In this document: piece after piece, positions 20,210-29,763 of the stretch
Numbering within the stretch: position 1 is the stretch's first letter
How the letters are laid out: the number at the start of each line of letters is the position of its first letter
IMG/VR virus record: IMGVR_UViG_3300043411_000921
Location: 124,001 to 188,000 of that record
Direction: 5' to 3' (one strand)
DNA: 64,000 bases
Notes under the pieces: model-generated
Databases searched by the model: none
What the model was told of the DNA's origin: nothing
What the model saw: the letters and a program-made list of their open reading frames with translations, nothing else
Translations under genes and position numbers: made by a program

Positions 20210-21646
20210 ATGACGCAACAACAAACCGCACAAAACCCAGCCGTTTTCAACAGTCTTGGTAAGTCCTTTCAAGAGAAAGTTCTTCAAGCCCTTCTAACTG
20301 ACCGAGCATGGTCAACCCAATTCATCGAGGTTTTCAACGTTGATGAATGTCTTGAACCAGCGTACCTGAAACTCATTGCAAACAGGTACATTGGTTACTA
20401 CCACGAGTACAAAGAGTTCCCAACCATTCCCCTTCTCGTCACAATCATGAAAGATGAGTTGAGGGAAGCAAAGGATGTTGTTATTCGGGAACAATGTCAC
20501 TCTTTTCTCCAAAAGGTTATTCGCAATGAGGAGATGAATGACCTTCCTTGGGTGAAAGACAAAGCATTTACCTTCTGTCGTCAGCAGCTTCTCAAAAAAG
20601 CTTTGTCTGACAGTGTTGATATCATTCTAACTGAGAAGTACGAGAAGGTTGTTGATATCATGAAGGGGGCGATTGCCGCAGGAATGGCAACATCTCCTGG
20701 TCATGATTACAACGTTGATCTTGCAGCGAGATATAGCACGACTTTTCGCCATCCAATTCCCACTGGGATTTATGAGTTGGATGAGAAGAAGATTATGGGT
20801 GGTGGGCTTGGTGGAGGAGAAATTGGAATTGTTTGCGCACCAGCGGGTGTAGGGAAAAGTCATATTCTTACCCACTTTGGAGCACAAGCCATTCTTCTTG
20901 GAAAGAATGTCATCCATTACACAATGGAATTGAATGAGCGGTATTGCGGAGTGAGATACGACTCCAACCTCACAGGCATCAACTCCAGTGACTGCTCAGA
21001 TAACCAAGATCAAATTCAACAATTCTTCACCTCAAACGCAGATCGTTTGGGCAGACTGATCATTAAGGAATATCCGGCAAGATCTATTACCTGCAACACG
21101 ATTAGAGCACACATTGAGAAGATGTCATTGAAGGGCGTGAAGCCTGACATGATCATTATTGACTATGCTGGCCTTATTCGTTCCACAGAGAAATACGAAC
21201 TTCCTCGGCTGGAAATGCAATACGTCATTCAGGAAATTCGTTCTCTTGCAAAAGAGTTGGATGTTCCTATTTGGACTGCTCTCCAATCTAACAAGGAAGG
21301 AGCCAAGTCGGATATTGTTGACTTGACAAACCTTGCTGAGAGTTATGGACAAGCAGCCGAAGCCGATTTTGTTTTGGGTTTGCAACGCATCAGCACCCAG
21401 AAGTCAACAGGACTTGGAACTCTCTTCATTGCGAAGAACAGGTTTGGAATTGACGGTCTCCAGTTCAAGATTCACCTGGATACCGCCCGCTCAACTCTTC
21501 GTGTTCTCTCTGCTGATGAAGTTGAAGGAATGCAACAAGACCAAGAAACTCACAGAGAGCAAGTCCAAAAATCTACTCTGGACAGTTTCAAAGAAGCCAT
21601 CAAAAAAAGCAAAGCAGAGTTTCAGATGAAACCTCTGCGTTCGTGA
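20210..21646 (+). CDS. dnaB: DnaB/gp41-like replicative helicase
   Basis: APAGVGKS, IIIDYA, WTALQSN, AKNRFG. Confidence 0.92.
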   Translation: MTQQQTAQNPAVFNSLGKSFQEKVLQALLTDRAWSTQFIEVFNVDECLEPAYLKLIANRYIGYYHEYKEFPTIPLLVTIMKDELREAKDVVIREQCHSFLQKVIRNEEMNDLPWVKDKAFTFCRQQLLKKALSDSVDIILTEKYEKVVDIMKGAIAAGMATSPGHDYNVDLAARYSTTFRHPIPTGIYELDEKKIMGGGLGGGEIGIVCAPAGVGKSHILTHFGAQAILLGKNVIHYTMELNERYCGVRYDSNLTGINSSDCSDNQDQIQQFFTSNADRLGRLIIKEYPARSITCNTIRAHIEKMSLKGVKPDMIIIDYAGLIRSTEKYELPRLEMQYVIQEIRSLAKELDVPIWTALQSNKEGAKSDIVDLTNLAESYGQAAEADFVLGLQRISTQKSTGLGTLFIAKNRFGIDGLQFKIHLDTARSTLRVLSADEVEGMQQDQETHREQVQKSTLDSFKEAIKKSKAEFQMKPLRS

Positions 21647-21662
21647 AAGGAACAAAGGAACA

Positions 21663-23603
21663 ATGATTACAGACAGCCAAGGATTTATTGCAGAGCCTTA
21701 CAAGAACTTCATTCACATTTCCCGTTATGCCAGATGGCTTGACAAGGAAAAGCGTCGTGAGACCTGGACAGAGACAGTTGATCGTTATTGTAACTTCATG
21801 TCTAAACACCTGGGAAGCTCCATCGAACAAGAACTTCTTTCCAGGATTCGTGAAGCGATCTTGAATCATGAAATCATGCCTTCCATGCGTGCCCTGATGG
21901 CTGCTGGGCCTGCAATGGAAGCCGATAATATCAGTGCTTTTAACTGCGCTTTCGTCGCCGTGGACTCTCTCCGCGCATTCGACGAAACGATGTATATTTT
22001 GATGAACGGCACTGGTGTTGGTTTCTCTGTTGAGCAGTCTTACATCAACAACCTTCCAGTCATTGCCGAGGAGTTCCATTCAACAGAAACAACAATTGTT
22101 GTTGAGGATTCAAAGCTTGGCTGGGCTAAGGCGTACAAAGAGTTGATTGCTTTGCTTGTTCAGGGACAAATTCCTCGTTGGGATACAACCAAGGTTCGTC
22201 CCAAAGGTGCTCGTCTGAAAACCTTTGGTGGGCGTGCTTCTGGTCCTGAGCCTTTGCGTGAGCTTTTTGCTTTCACGGCGCGAGTGTTTTCAAACGCAAG
22301 AGGTCGTCGTCTGAAACCAATCGAAGCTCATGACATTATTTGCAAAGTGGCAGAAGTGGTTGTGGTAGGCGGCGTCCGAAGAAGCGCGACCATCTCTCTT
22401 TCCAACCTCGATGACTTCGAGATGGCAAAGGCAAAGAGTGGACAGTGGTGGGAAACACAACCACAAAGAAGCTTGGCAAACAACTCTGCTGTTTACAACT
22501 CCAAACCCAACACTGCCCAGTTCCTTCGTGAATGGAGAAACCTTTATGAATCCAAGAGCGGTGAACGTGGAATCTTCAACATGGATTCCGTTCGCAAACA
22601 CATTGATCGGTTTGGTCGTAGAGACTCCAGTAAAGTCAAAGGCGTAAATCCTTGTGCTGAAATTCTCCTTCGTCCAAATCAATTCTGCAACCTTACTGAA
22701 GTTGTTATCTCCGCATCTGATACCGCAGAAGACCTTTTTAGAAAGGTAGAACTGGCAACAATCCTTGGAACTTGGCAATCAACACTGACCAACTTCAAAT
22801 ACATTCGGAAGGTCTGGAAAACCAATTGTGAGGAAGAAAGACTTCTCGGTGTTTCTTTGACTGGAATCTTTGGAAATTCTCTTACTTCGACAAACGGCCC
22901 AGAGCTTAGGGAGCTTTTGACCAAACTGAGAGAACATGCTGTTGTGGTAAATGCGGAACACGCAAAGGGTCTGGGGATTCCCGTGAGTGCTGCTATCACT
23001 TGTGTGAAGCCTTCAGGAACAGTGTCTCAGTTGACGGGTGTTTCCAGCGGCATTCACCCCTGGTATTCACCTTATTACATTCGCACAGTCAGAGCAGACA
23101 ACAAAGATCCTCTGACTGAGTTTTTGAAGAACCAAGGGGTGCCAAATGAGCCAGATGTCATGCGTCCAGACTCCACAACTGTTTTCTCTTTCCCAATCAA
23201 GGCTCCAGAGAACGCTGTTGTAACCTCCGATCTTTCAGCGATTGAACACTTGGAGATTTGGAAGTCTTATCGTGAGTGCTTCACAGAACATAATCCTTCA
23301 GTGACAATCAACGTGAAAGAAGACGAGTGGATGGATGTTGGCGCTTGGGTTTATAGAAACTTTGATTCGGTTGGTGGTATTTCCTTCTTGCCAGCGACAG
23401 AACACACTTATCGCCAAGCTCCTTATCAAGCAATTGACAAGGAGAAGTATGAAGAATTGAAAGCTGCTTTCCCAGAAGATATTCAGTGGAGTTGGCTTGT
23501 TCACTTTGAGAAGGAAGACACCACAACCGGAACCCAAGAGCTTGCTTGTGTTGGTGGTGTTTGCAGCGCAGATGATGATGTGTCCAAACTCCTAAAACAG
23601 TGA
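21663..23603 (+). CDS. nrdJ: class II (B12-dependent) ribonucleotide reductase
   Basis: PSMRAL, FNCAF, GTGVGFS, NPCAEI, CVKPSGTVSQL, C-terminal CVGGVC. Confidence 0.93.
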   Translation: MITDSQGFIAEPYKNFIHISRYARWLDKEKRRETWTETVDRYCNFMSKHLGSSIEQELLSRIREAILNHEIMPSMRALMAAGPAMEADNISAFNCAFVAVDSLRAFDETMYILMNGTGVGFSVEQSYINNLPVIAEEFHSTETTIVVEDSKLGWAKAYKELIALLVQGQIPRWDTTKVRPKGARLKTFGGRASGPEPLRELFAFTARVFSNARGRRLKPIEAHDIICKVAEVVVVGGVRRSATISLSNLDDFEMAKAKSGQWWETQPQRSLANNSAVYNSKPNTAQFLREWRNLYESKSGERGIFNMDSVRKHIDRFGRRDSSKVKGVNPCAEILLRPNQFCNLTEVVISASDTAEDLFRKVELATILGTWQSTLTNFKYIRKVWKTNCEEERLLGVSLTGIFGNSLTSTNGPELRELLTKLREHAVVVNAEHAKGLGIPVSAAITCVKPSGTVSQLTGVSSGIHPWYSPYYIRTVRADNKDPLTEFLKNQGVPNEPDVMRPDSTTVFSFPIKAPENAVVTSDLSAIEHLEIWKSYRECFTEHNPSVTINVKEDEWMDVGAWVYRNFDSVGGISFLPATEHTYRQAPYQAIDKEKYEELKAAFPEDIQWSWLVHFEKEDTTTGTQELACVGGVCSADDDVSKLLKQ

Positions 23604-23630
23604 CCACGAAATAACCCAGAAGGGTGAATG

Positions 23631-23670
23631 AGAAGAGGGGAGAGGCTAAAAACCTCTCCCCTCTTCTGTT
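23631..23670. terminator. terminator between convergent genes
   Basis: agaagaggggagagg / cctctcccctcttct 15-bp stem. Confidence 0.8.
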
Positions 23671-23707
23671 TGGATAGTGTTAGAACCTTCTGGAAGGTTT
23701 ATCTGTG

Positions 23708-25189
23708 TCAGTGGAACATGAGGTAGACACCAGCAACGTGAATATCTTTTGCTGGTCTGTCATTTTCTCCTGGGAGGATGATAACGTTCACTCTGTCATC
23801 ATCACCAAGATCATCTTCGACTTGCTCATATTCTGCCATTGTAAGCATTGGGAAGCTGTTTTTGAATTTGACCTTTGAAGAGTTCAAGATCGCCATTTTG
23901 ACTTCCTCCTCTCTGTTGGGCGCATAGGTCCATGCCGAGTCCCCTTCCACGCCAGATTCTTTTTTGCCCACCTCACTCTTTTTGACGATCGCTCCAGTTT
24001 TCATAAGCAGTGTTTTCACAGACTTTGGAACAATTTGGGAGAACATGTCCTTGGTTGGGTCTATTTGGCGTTCTTCTTCTGGGGTGGCACCAAGGGATTT
24101 GCGAAGCAAGAGGTCTTTGTGTGGCATTTTTGCGGCCAGGGATGGCCGCTTTGTATAAGCGTAAAACTTAACGAAATTTTGGAGAGATGCGGGGAGTTCA
24201 CTCTTTACTCTGTCGATGATGTGGTGGGCGAGTTTAAGATAATCTTCCGAATAGAAATCCCCGGAGTCATGCCAACGAATGACAGTCCTGATTTTTTCTT
24301 GAGCATATTTTTGCACGTTTTGAAGGATCTCGTTCACCAATCTTTCCTGATACATTTCTGGATGGTTGTAAAGCATGTTGAGAGTGATGTTCCTGTTTTC
24401 TGAACTGCCCTTGTATTGCACATACCCGCCTTTCGTGGCATAACAAACCTGCATACAACTTCCGGCACCCGGACAAGTGTTGATAACCTTGAACTTGTTA
24501 TCCCGTTCGTCGTATACAAGACCCATGATGGCCGGGATGCCGATATTGAAAAAGGCTTCAAGCTCTCCGGTAGTGCTCTTTTTCATTTTGTCGTTCTGAT
24601 TTAGAAGAGTAAATTTTGGTTTGTTGTAGTTGGTAACAATGGTTTTTAATACCGAGAGGTCAATTTGTTTTTCATTTTGATCAACAACTGGAACAGCCCC
24701 CGTTTCAGTGTCCCTGTTCCTTCTGTTGAGCGCCGAGGCAGGAACAATGGTGTTTGTTGCTGTTGATGGGTGAAGATACGGAAAAGCATTTGGCAATCCT
24801 CCAGCCACTCCTTTTACAACTTTCCCCTTCTTGTTGATTCTATCTGGCCCCCTCTCAGATCTTTTTCCCAGAACCCCAGCCAAATATGCTGGGTCAACTT
24901 CCGTTCCGCGAATATCACTCCCTGGAGTCAGTGGTTTTTGTGGTGGCTTTGGAAACCTCTTAACATAAGGCGCTTCCGAAAGCAACTTGTCCAGCAGTTT
25001 GGTTTGGACTCTGCGGGCGAACATCTCTTGGATTGTTTCGGATTCACCAGGAACTTCTGGTGGCATGTTTCCTGAATACTTTTGGACAAACTCTTCTGGA
25101 GACATAACCTCGGCATTTGCGAAGATACCAGCACCTGAAACTGCTCCCTCGTTCAAGATCAAATAACGAAGTTTCTTTTTCATTGTCAT
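23708..25189 (-). CDS. Gp88-like (radical-SAM-related) protein with putative head-targeting leader
   Basis: TCPGAGSCMQVCYA, IRWHDSGDF, FYAYTK; leader YLILNE|G. Confidence 0.75.
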   Translation of the reverse strand: MTMKKKLRYLILNEGAVSGAGIFANAEVMSPEEFVQKYSGNMPPEVPGESETIQEMFARRVQTKLLDKLLSEAPYVKRFPKPPQKPLTPGSDIRGTEVDPAYLAGVLGKRSERGPDRINKKGKVVKGVAGGLPNAFPYLHPSTATNTIVPASALNRRNRDTETGAVPVVDQNEKQIDLSVLKTIVTNYNKPKFTLLNQNDKMKKSTTGELEAFFNIGIPAIMGLVYDERDNKFKVINTCPGAGSCMQVCYATKGGYVQYKGSSENRNITLNMLYNHPEMYQERLVNEILQNVQKYAQEKIRTVIRWHDSGDFYSEDYLKLAHHIIDRVKSELPASLQNFVKFYAYTKRPSLAAKMPHKDLLLRKSLGATPEEERQIDPTKDMFSQIVPKSVKTLLMKTGAIVKKSEVGKKESGVEGDSAWTYAPNREEEVKMAILNSSKVKFKNSFPMLTMAEYEQVEDDLGDDDRVNVIILPGENDRPAKDIHVAGVYLMFH

Positions 25190-25214
25190 TTTATCGTTCC
25201 CTCTGTGGAAATGG

Positions 25215-25226
25215 TAGTTATAGGTA
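25215..25226. promoter_or_regulatory. abutting late motifs for two divergent genes
   Basis: TAGTTA (+, 25215-25220) and TACCTA (-, 25226-25221). Confidence 0.55.
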
Positions 25227-25558
25227 TGACATCAACACTCGTATCTCTCTCCTCCCTCCTGTTCAAAGAAGCTATGGCTCTATCGACCGGAGGTGCCTCA
25301 TTAGGGGCCTCAAGCCAAGTCGTTGGGGTTGGACCCGTTGCAAAAAAAGGAACGCTCGCAAAAGCCTCCCAGGCCCCTTCCCGGTCACTTGAAGAAATCA
25401 CTGACGAGGAGTTGCAGGAATCTTTTGGTGCGATGCACGAACCTGATTTTGATGGACCTTCGATGCCTGGACTTTGGGCTGGACTCGAAGATGTCAACGC
25501 TCCAGTGAAAACAGACTCACCAGAGCTTCATCCAAAGCGTTCAAGAAACAAACGATAG
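25226..25558 (+). CDS. putative internal head protein
   Basis: LSSLLFKE|A leader, LQE|S; ATG 5 nt after TAGTTA. Confidence 0.6.
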   Translation: MTSTLVSLSSLLFKEAMALSTGGASLGASSQVVGVGPVAKKGTLAKASQAPSRSLEEITDEELQESFGAMHEPDFDGPSMPGLWAGLEDVNAPVKTDSPELHPKRSRNKR

Positions 25559-26619
25559 GCAGCTTCCTCTATCTCAACAATCACACTTCCCTTTGTCCTT
25601 CCAGCAGCAGAAGCAAGAGCAGCAATCATTTCCTTCCCTTCTGAATAAAGGGAATCAGAGTTCAGTTGTTTCTTGAGTTGATAAGCCCAAAGATTTCCAA
25701 GAACACCTGAATCAATTGTTGCTGCTGGAACAAACCTTCTCAAGGTTTCTTCGTCCATTGGGGAAGACAGTCCCAAACTGGTGTAATCAATCATCTTCCT
25801 GAAAGCTTCGTGGATTTCTGGTGGAAGTTTTGAAGCTCTTACCGCCGTCATCAGTTCCATTGGACCGAAATCCCCAAGAAACTTTCTGTCGTAGAGATCT
25901 TGAAGTTTGAACATCTGAATCCAGATGTTGGCTGCTTCTTTGGAAAGAAAAACGTCTGATCTGAGCCAGCCAGGATGAACTGCTTTCATGACAAGTTGAT
26001 AGAGAAGTGGTCCATATCCCTTCTCAGCAACAGAAGCTTTCACAAGAAAAAGTCCTGGAGTTGATTCCGACTCTCTGTATCCGATCATTCCAGCCAAAGC
26101 TTCGCTGGGAATTGTTCCGTCTTCTGGATTCAGGACTGCTTTATCAGAGAACACGAGTGTGATTGATTTTCCTTTGAGTGATCCTCTTGGAATAGCAACA
26201 ACCTTTTCTTTGGAAGTATCCGTCAGAGATTTTGGTCCTTCAAAAAGGATGTCGGAGAGAGATGGATTTTTGAGGAAGAGCCTCTGGCCCTTTATTACGC
26301 CCTTGTCCTTGCACCAACCCCCTCTGACCTCAACAACATTTTTCACAGCCCGCATAAAGCTCCTAGAGGCCGTATCATTTGCCTTGAGGTGCATAACCTC
26401 AACAACCCGATCATCCTCATCAAACCCAATGCAGTCCAAGTCAAAAGGAACGTTCTTCATCCAAAAAGATTGAGGTCTTACCTTTGAGTTTTGGAACAAC
26501 AGCCCGAATCCATCTGGGGGAGGCGTTGTCGAACCCATGAAACCCTTCTTTTTCTGCTCATTTGTGGTGAGTGGCTCAAGGGTTAGTGGAACATAACCAA
26601 GAAAGGCAGGGAAGGGCAT
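25528..26619 (-). CDS. DUF192 domain fused to a GNAT-like C-terminal domain
   Basis: KGFMG, FWMKNVPFDLD, VVEVRGGW; then LSDILFE|G linker and KGYGPLLY. Confidence 0.75.
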   Translation of the reverse strand: MPFPAFLGYVPLTLEPLTTNEQKKKGFMGSTTPPPDGFGLLFQNSKVRPQSFWMKNVPFDLDCIGFDEDDRVVEVMHLKANDTASRSFMRAVKNVVEVRGGWCKDKGVIKGQRLFLKNPSLSDILFEGPKSLTDTSKEKVVAIPRGSLKGKSITLVFSDKAVLNPEDGTIPSEALAGMIGYRESESTPGLFLVKASVAEKGYGPLLYQLVMKAVHPGWLRSDVFLSKEAANIWIQMFKLQDLYDRKFLGDFGPMELMTAVRASKLPPEIHEAFRKMIDYTSLGLSSPMDEETLRRFVPAATIDSGVLGNLWAYQLKKQLNSDSLYSEGKEMIAALASAAGRTKGSVIVEIEEAAYRLFLERFG

Positions 26620-26654
26620 CTTATTTCCAGAATATGTATCCCCAAGCACTCAAG

Positions 26655-26987
26655 ATGTTTTTCCAACGGTTTTCTAAGCCAAATCCTCAACCAAGCTCTT
26701 CCAAACTGGCTCCGTTGAAAACAAGACTGCTCGAACTCAAGGCTGGAGAGTGTGTGAGATTCATCTTTGCAGAAGAGATGGTTTCCCAACTTCTTGCTGC
26801 CAACAGTCCCAGATTTGACAAGGGAAGCCTTGAAAGAGGAACGTTTCTTGCAGTGGTGAAGAGTGTTGGAACAACAAGGATTGGAATTGTTGTTGTTGAG
26901 GTAGTTTGTGTTTCTGGAGGGAGAGTGAAGGAGACTGTTGTAATGGAAACAGACTTGTGTGGGATGGAAGTGATTGGTAAGCCGTGA
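26655..26987 (+). CDS. hypothetical protein
   Basis: beta-rich ORF coupled to the next gene. Confidence 0.6.
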   Translation: MFFQRFSKPNPQPSSSKLAPLKTRLLELKAGECVRFIFAEEMVSQLLAANSPRFDKGSLERGTFLAVVKSVGTTRIGIVVVEVVCVSGGRVKETVVMETDLCGMEVIGKP

Positions 26988-27235
26988 AAGACCTGATTCA
27001 ATTGTTGGTTTTGGAAGCGGCTTATGACGTTGGGCTGTTGAAGCGCATGGGTTACACACACCTTGGAAAAAATCATCGTGTTGGCTCTGATGCTTTCATT
27101 CACACCAAGGACGACGATGACCCAGAATATCACAAAGGTCTCCAAAACAAGATCAATGCAAACCTGGACAAAAAAGATACTCTGAAAGATCCACCAGCGG
27201 TTGGTATATCTCTTCCGAAGAGGATGAAGGGATAA
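26984..27235 (+). CDS. small putative head protein
   Basis: MKDLIQLLVLE|A leader. Confidence 0.55.
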   Translation: MKDLIQLLVLEAAYDVGLLKRMGYTHLGKNHRVGSDAFIHTKDDDDPEYHKGLQNKINANLDKKDTLKDPPAVGISLPKRMKG

Positions 27236-27275
27236 TGCCTTGATCCTCAAATCTTTTTTCTGATACATCGGTCTT

Positions 27276-28109
27276 ATGACCGACACATCCACAGACCAAC
27301 CATATCACGTCGATAGAATCTACTTCTCCCTCGTCAAAGACGTTCTTGAAAACGGAATTGACAAATCAGATAGAACAGGAACAGGAACAAGAAGCGTCTT
27401 TGGAAGGCAGGTTCGATATGATCTTTCCAAAGGCTTCCCCATTCTCACATCAAAACGAGTTCACTGGAAATCCGTTGTTGGTGAGCTTCTCTGGTTTCTC
27501 CAGGGAAACACCAATGTCAAGTGGCTGAATGAGAATGGAATCACCATCTGGGATGAATGGGCAGACAAGGATGGAAACCTTGGACCTGTTTATGGGAAAC
27601 AATGGAGATCGTGGGAATCAGACGACGGGTTGAATGTGTATGATCAAATCAAACAAGTGATTGAACAGATCAAATCCAACCCAGACTCACGAAGGTTGAT
27701 TGTGAGTGCTTGGAATGTTGGAGATATTCCTCACATGGCACTTGCTCCTTGCCACACCATGTTCCAGTTTTACGTTGTAGACGGCAAGCTTTCGTGTCAA
27801 CTTTATCAAAGAAGTTGCGATTTGGGATTGGGCGAGCCCTATAATGTTGCTTCCTATGCACTTCTAACACACATGATTGCACATGTGTGTGATCTGGAAG
27901 TCGGAGAGTTCGTTCACACCTTTGGTGATCTTCATGTTTATTCAAACCACATTGAAGCACTCTCGCAGCAGCTTCACAGAACACCTTATCCAATGCCAAG
28001 GTTGATTCTGGATCCAAGCGTCAAGGATATTGATGGTTTTGGGTTTGACAATATTCTGCTTGACAGTTATCAGCATCATGCTACAATCAAGTTGCCAGTG
28101 GCAGTATAA
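27276..28109 (+). CDS. thyA: thymidylate synthase
   Basis: [36 protein letters not shown], dUMP-specifying Asn retained. Confidence 0.97.
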   Translation: MTDTSTDQPYHVDRIYFSLVKDVLENGIDKSDRTGTGTRSVFGRQVRYDLSKGFPILTSKRVHWKSVVGELLWFLQGNTNVKWLNENGITIWDEWADKDGNLGPVYGKQWRSWESDDGLNVYDQIKQVIEQIKSNPDSRRLIVSAWNVGDIPHMALAPCHTMFQFYVVDGKLSCQLYQRSCDLGLGEPYNVASYALLTHMIAHVCDLEVGEFVHTFGDLHVYSNHIEALSQQLHRTPYPMPRLILDPSVKDIDGFGFDNILLDSYQHHATIKLPVAV

Positions 28110-28121
28110 GGAGCAAAACCA

Positions 28122-28475
28122 GTGAAATATGATTGCAACAAATTTAACAGAGAGCGGCAAGTGATCTTCCGGGAAGAAAGTTTGGACGATCATGTTACCA
28201 TTCCAAATCTCTTGAAGATGATTGGCGATGCGGACAACCAAAAAGACGCATCCATTCGGTTGAGCTATTATGGTGACAACCCCGAAATGGTCTTGGTCAC
28301 AAAATCACTGGAAACGGATGAGGAATGGGCGGCTAGACTCCGAGAAATGGATCGCAAAGCAGAAGCCAGCAGGAAACGAAAAGAGGCTGCTGAAAAGAAA
28401 GAACTTGCAGAACTCGCAAGATTGAAGGCCAAATACGAATCAGGTAATCCTGGAAAGGAAAATGGTAATGAGTAA
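28122..28475 (+). CDS. hypothetical coiled-coil protein (paralogue A)
   Basis: ETDEEWAARL...ELARLKAKY. Confidence 0.7.
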   Translation: MKYDCNKFNRERQVIFREESLDDHVTIPNLLKMIGDADNQKDASIRLSYYGDNPEMVLVTKSLETDEEWAARLREMDRKAEASRKRKEAAEKKELAELARLKAKYESGNPGKENGNE

Positions 28476-28842
28476 AGCCAAGGCAAATTGGCATCTGGGT
28501 CAAAGCCGAGAGAGATTGGTGAGTGTGGAACGCACGAAAGACATACTCTCTGGCGACACAACAATCAATGACGTGATCAAACACGTTAAAGAAAACGATG
28601 GTGATTTGGATTCTGTTTACTTTGACATAACAACTAGTTGGAATGGTCCAACCATGTTTTTTGCCTTCACCTCCCCAGAGACTGATGAAGAATGGGCATT
28701 CCGTCTAAAACAATTGGACGAACTCGAAGCTCGTGAAAAAGCAAGGGAAATGAAAGAAGCCGCTGACAAGAAACTTGCCAAGCAAAAGAAAGAAGAGAAC
28801 GAGCGAGCAGAATACGAGAGACTGAAAGCCAAGTTTGGCTAG
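28462..28842 (+). CDS. hypothetical coiled-coil protein (paralogue B)
   Basis: ETDEEWAFRL...EYERLKAKF. Confidence 0.7.
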   Translation: MVMSKAKANWHLGQSRERLVSVERTKDILSGDTTINDVIKHVKENDGDLDSVYFDITTSWNGPTMFFAFTSPETDEEWAFRLKQLDELEAREKAREMKEAADKKLAKQKKEENERAEYERLKAKFG

Positions 28843-28871
28843 CCAACACCAAGGTTTCATACCTATTCTGG

Positions 28872-29570
28872 ATGAAACTCTATCAGTTCCTATTTGAAAA
28901 CTCTGTTCCAGAAGTCGAGTTCGATCGTGCTGGAACAGAGTTTGTCCCGCCCACCAAAACCATCAAAGCCTACAAACTCTTTCGTGTGAATCCAGCAAAA
29001 CCTGGAGAACTCTTTCCTCTGTTCGTCAATGCCAACCAATCCTTGAAAATTGGTGTTTGGTATGAAGCAGAAGAAGGAGAAAAAGTTATTGACTCCAAGA
29101 CAGGAAAACCCGGAGTCAAGTCGAAGTTGGGAAGGTTGGCTTATAGACCAGGATGGCACGCAGGGGATTATCCCTTTTCCACACACATTGGAATTGAACC
29201 AAAACCCAGTGAAATTTCTGGGAGGATGGCACCTTCGGCCAGGGCAGACAATCAAGTGTGGGCAGAAGTAGAAATGCCAGCAGATTTTGATTGGCAAGAA
29301 GTTGCTGATAGCAGAGCGGAAAAGATCAAGTCTGGTCCCAAGAAAGGACAGATTAGATCTGATACTGCTCACATCACCGATCAAATCCCCAAAGGCGGAC
29401 ATTATCGGTACAAAACCAATCCCAACATGACAGGAAACTGGATCATTGGTGGTGCAATGAAAATCATTCGTGTTCTCTCCGATGAAGAAGTTGAGAAGAT
29501 CAACTCCTCTGCCGGATACAAAGACCTTCCCAGAAAATCTCCCTTCGATCTAAAACGTTACGGCTTCTGA
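28872..29570 (+). CDS. conserved-looking globular protein with head-targeting leader
   Basis: MKLYQFLFE|N; AYKLFR, LAYRPGWH, VWAEVE; TACCTA 6 nt upstream. Confidence 0.75.
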   Translation: MKLYQFLFENSVPEVEFDRAGTEFVPPTKTIKAYKLFRVNPAKPGELFPLFVNANQSLKIGVWYEAEEGEKVIDSKTGKPGVKSKLGRLAYRPGWHAGDYPFSTHIGIEPKPSEISGRMAPSARADNQVWAEVEMPADFDWQEVADSRAEKIKSGPKKGQIRSDTAHITDQIPKGGHYRYKTNPNMTGNWIIGGAMKIIRVLSDEEVEKINSSAGYKDLPRKSPFDLKRYGF

Positions 29571-29599
29571 TCTACCATCACCCCTTTTCTTCCGAACAG

Positions 29600-29701
29600 A
29601 ATCGTTCCAGGATGCCCCTTCCGTGTCAGAGAATCATCTGAACGGGTGAGAGTGGCTTGGAACATTTGGGGGCCGCAATAAGGCGTATAGAGCGATTTAG
29701 G
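29600..29701. repeat. ~95-bp inverted-arm element, copy 2
   Basis: aatcgttccaggatgcc ... aggcgtatagagcgatttagg. Confidence 0.75.
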
Positions 29702-29728
29702 AATCTTGGCTGCTGACAACGAATGTTG

Positions 29729-29757
29729 TTGACCCTGAGACGTGGAAGTGGTAGAGA
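29729..29757 (+). promoter_or_regulatory. early sigma70-like promoter
   Basis: TTGACC-N17-(TGg)TAGAGA, ATG 6 nt downstream. Confidence 0.7.
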
Positions 29758-29763
29758 TAGGGC

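Noticed and set aside
20210-23603. Inteins or introns in DnaB/NrdJ
   Set aside because: Lengths are normal and no splice motifs are evident
27276-28109. dCMP/dUMP hydroxymethylase
   Set aside because: Canonical ThyA motifs and the specificity Asn are present; only LGEPYN is slightly atypical
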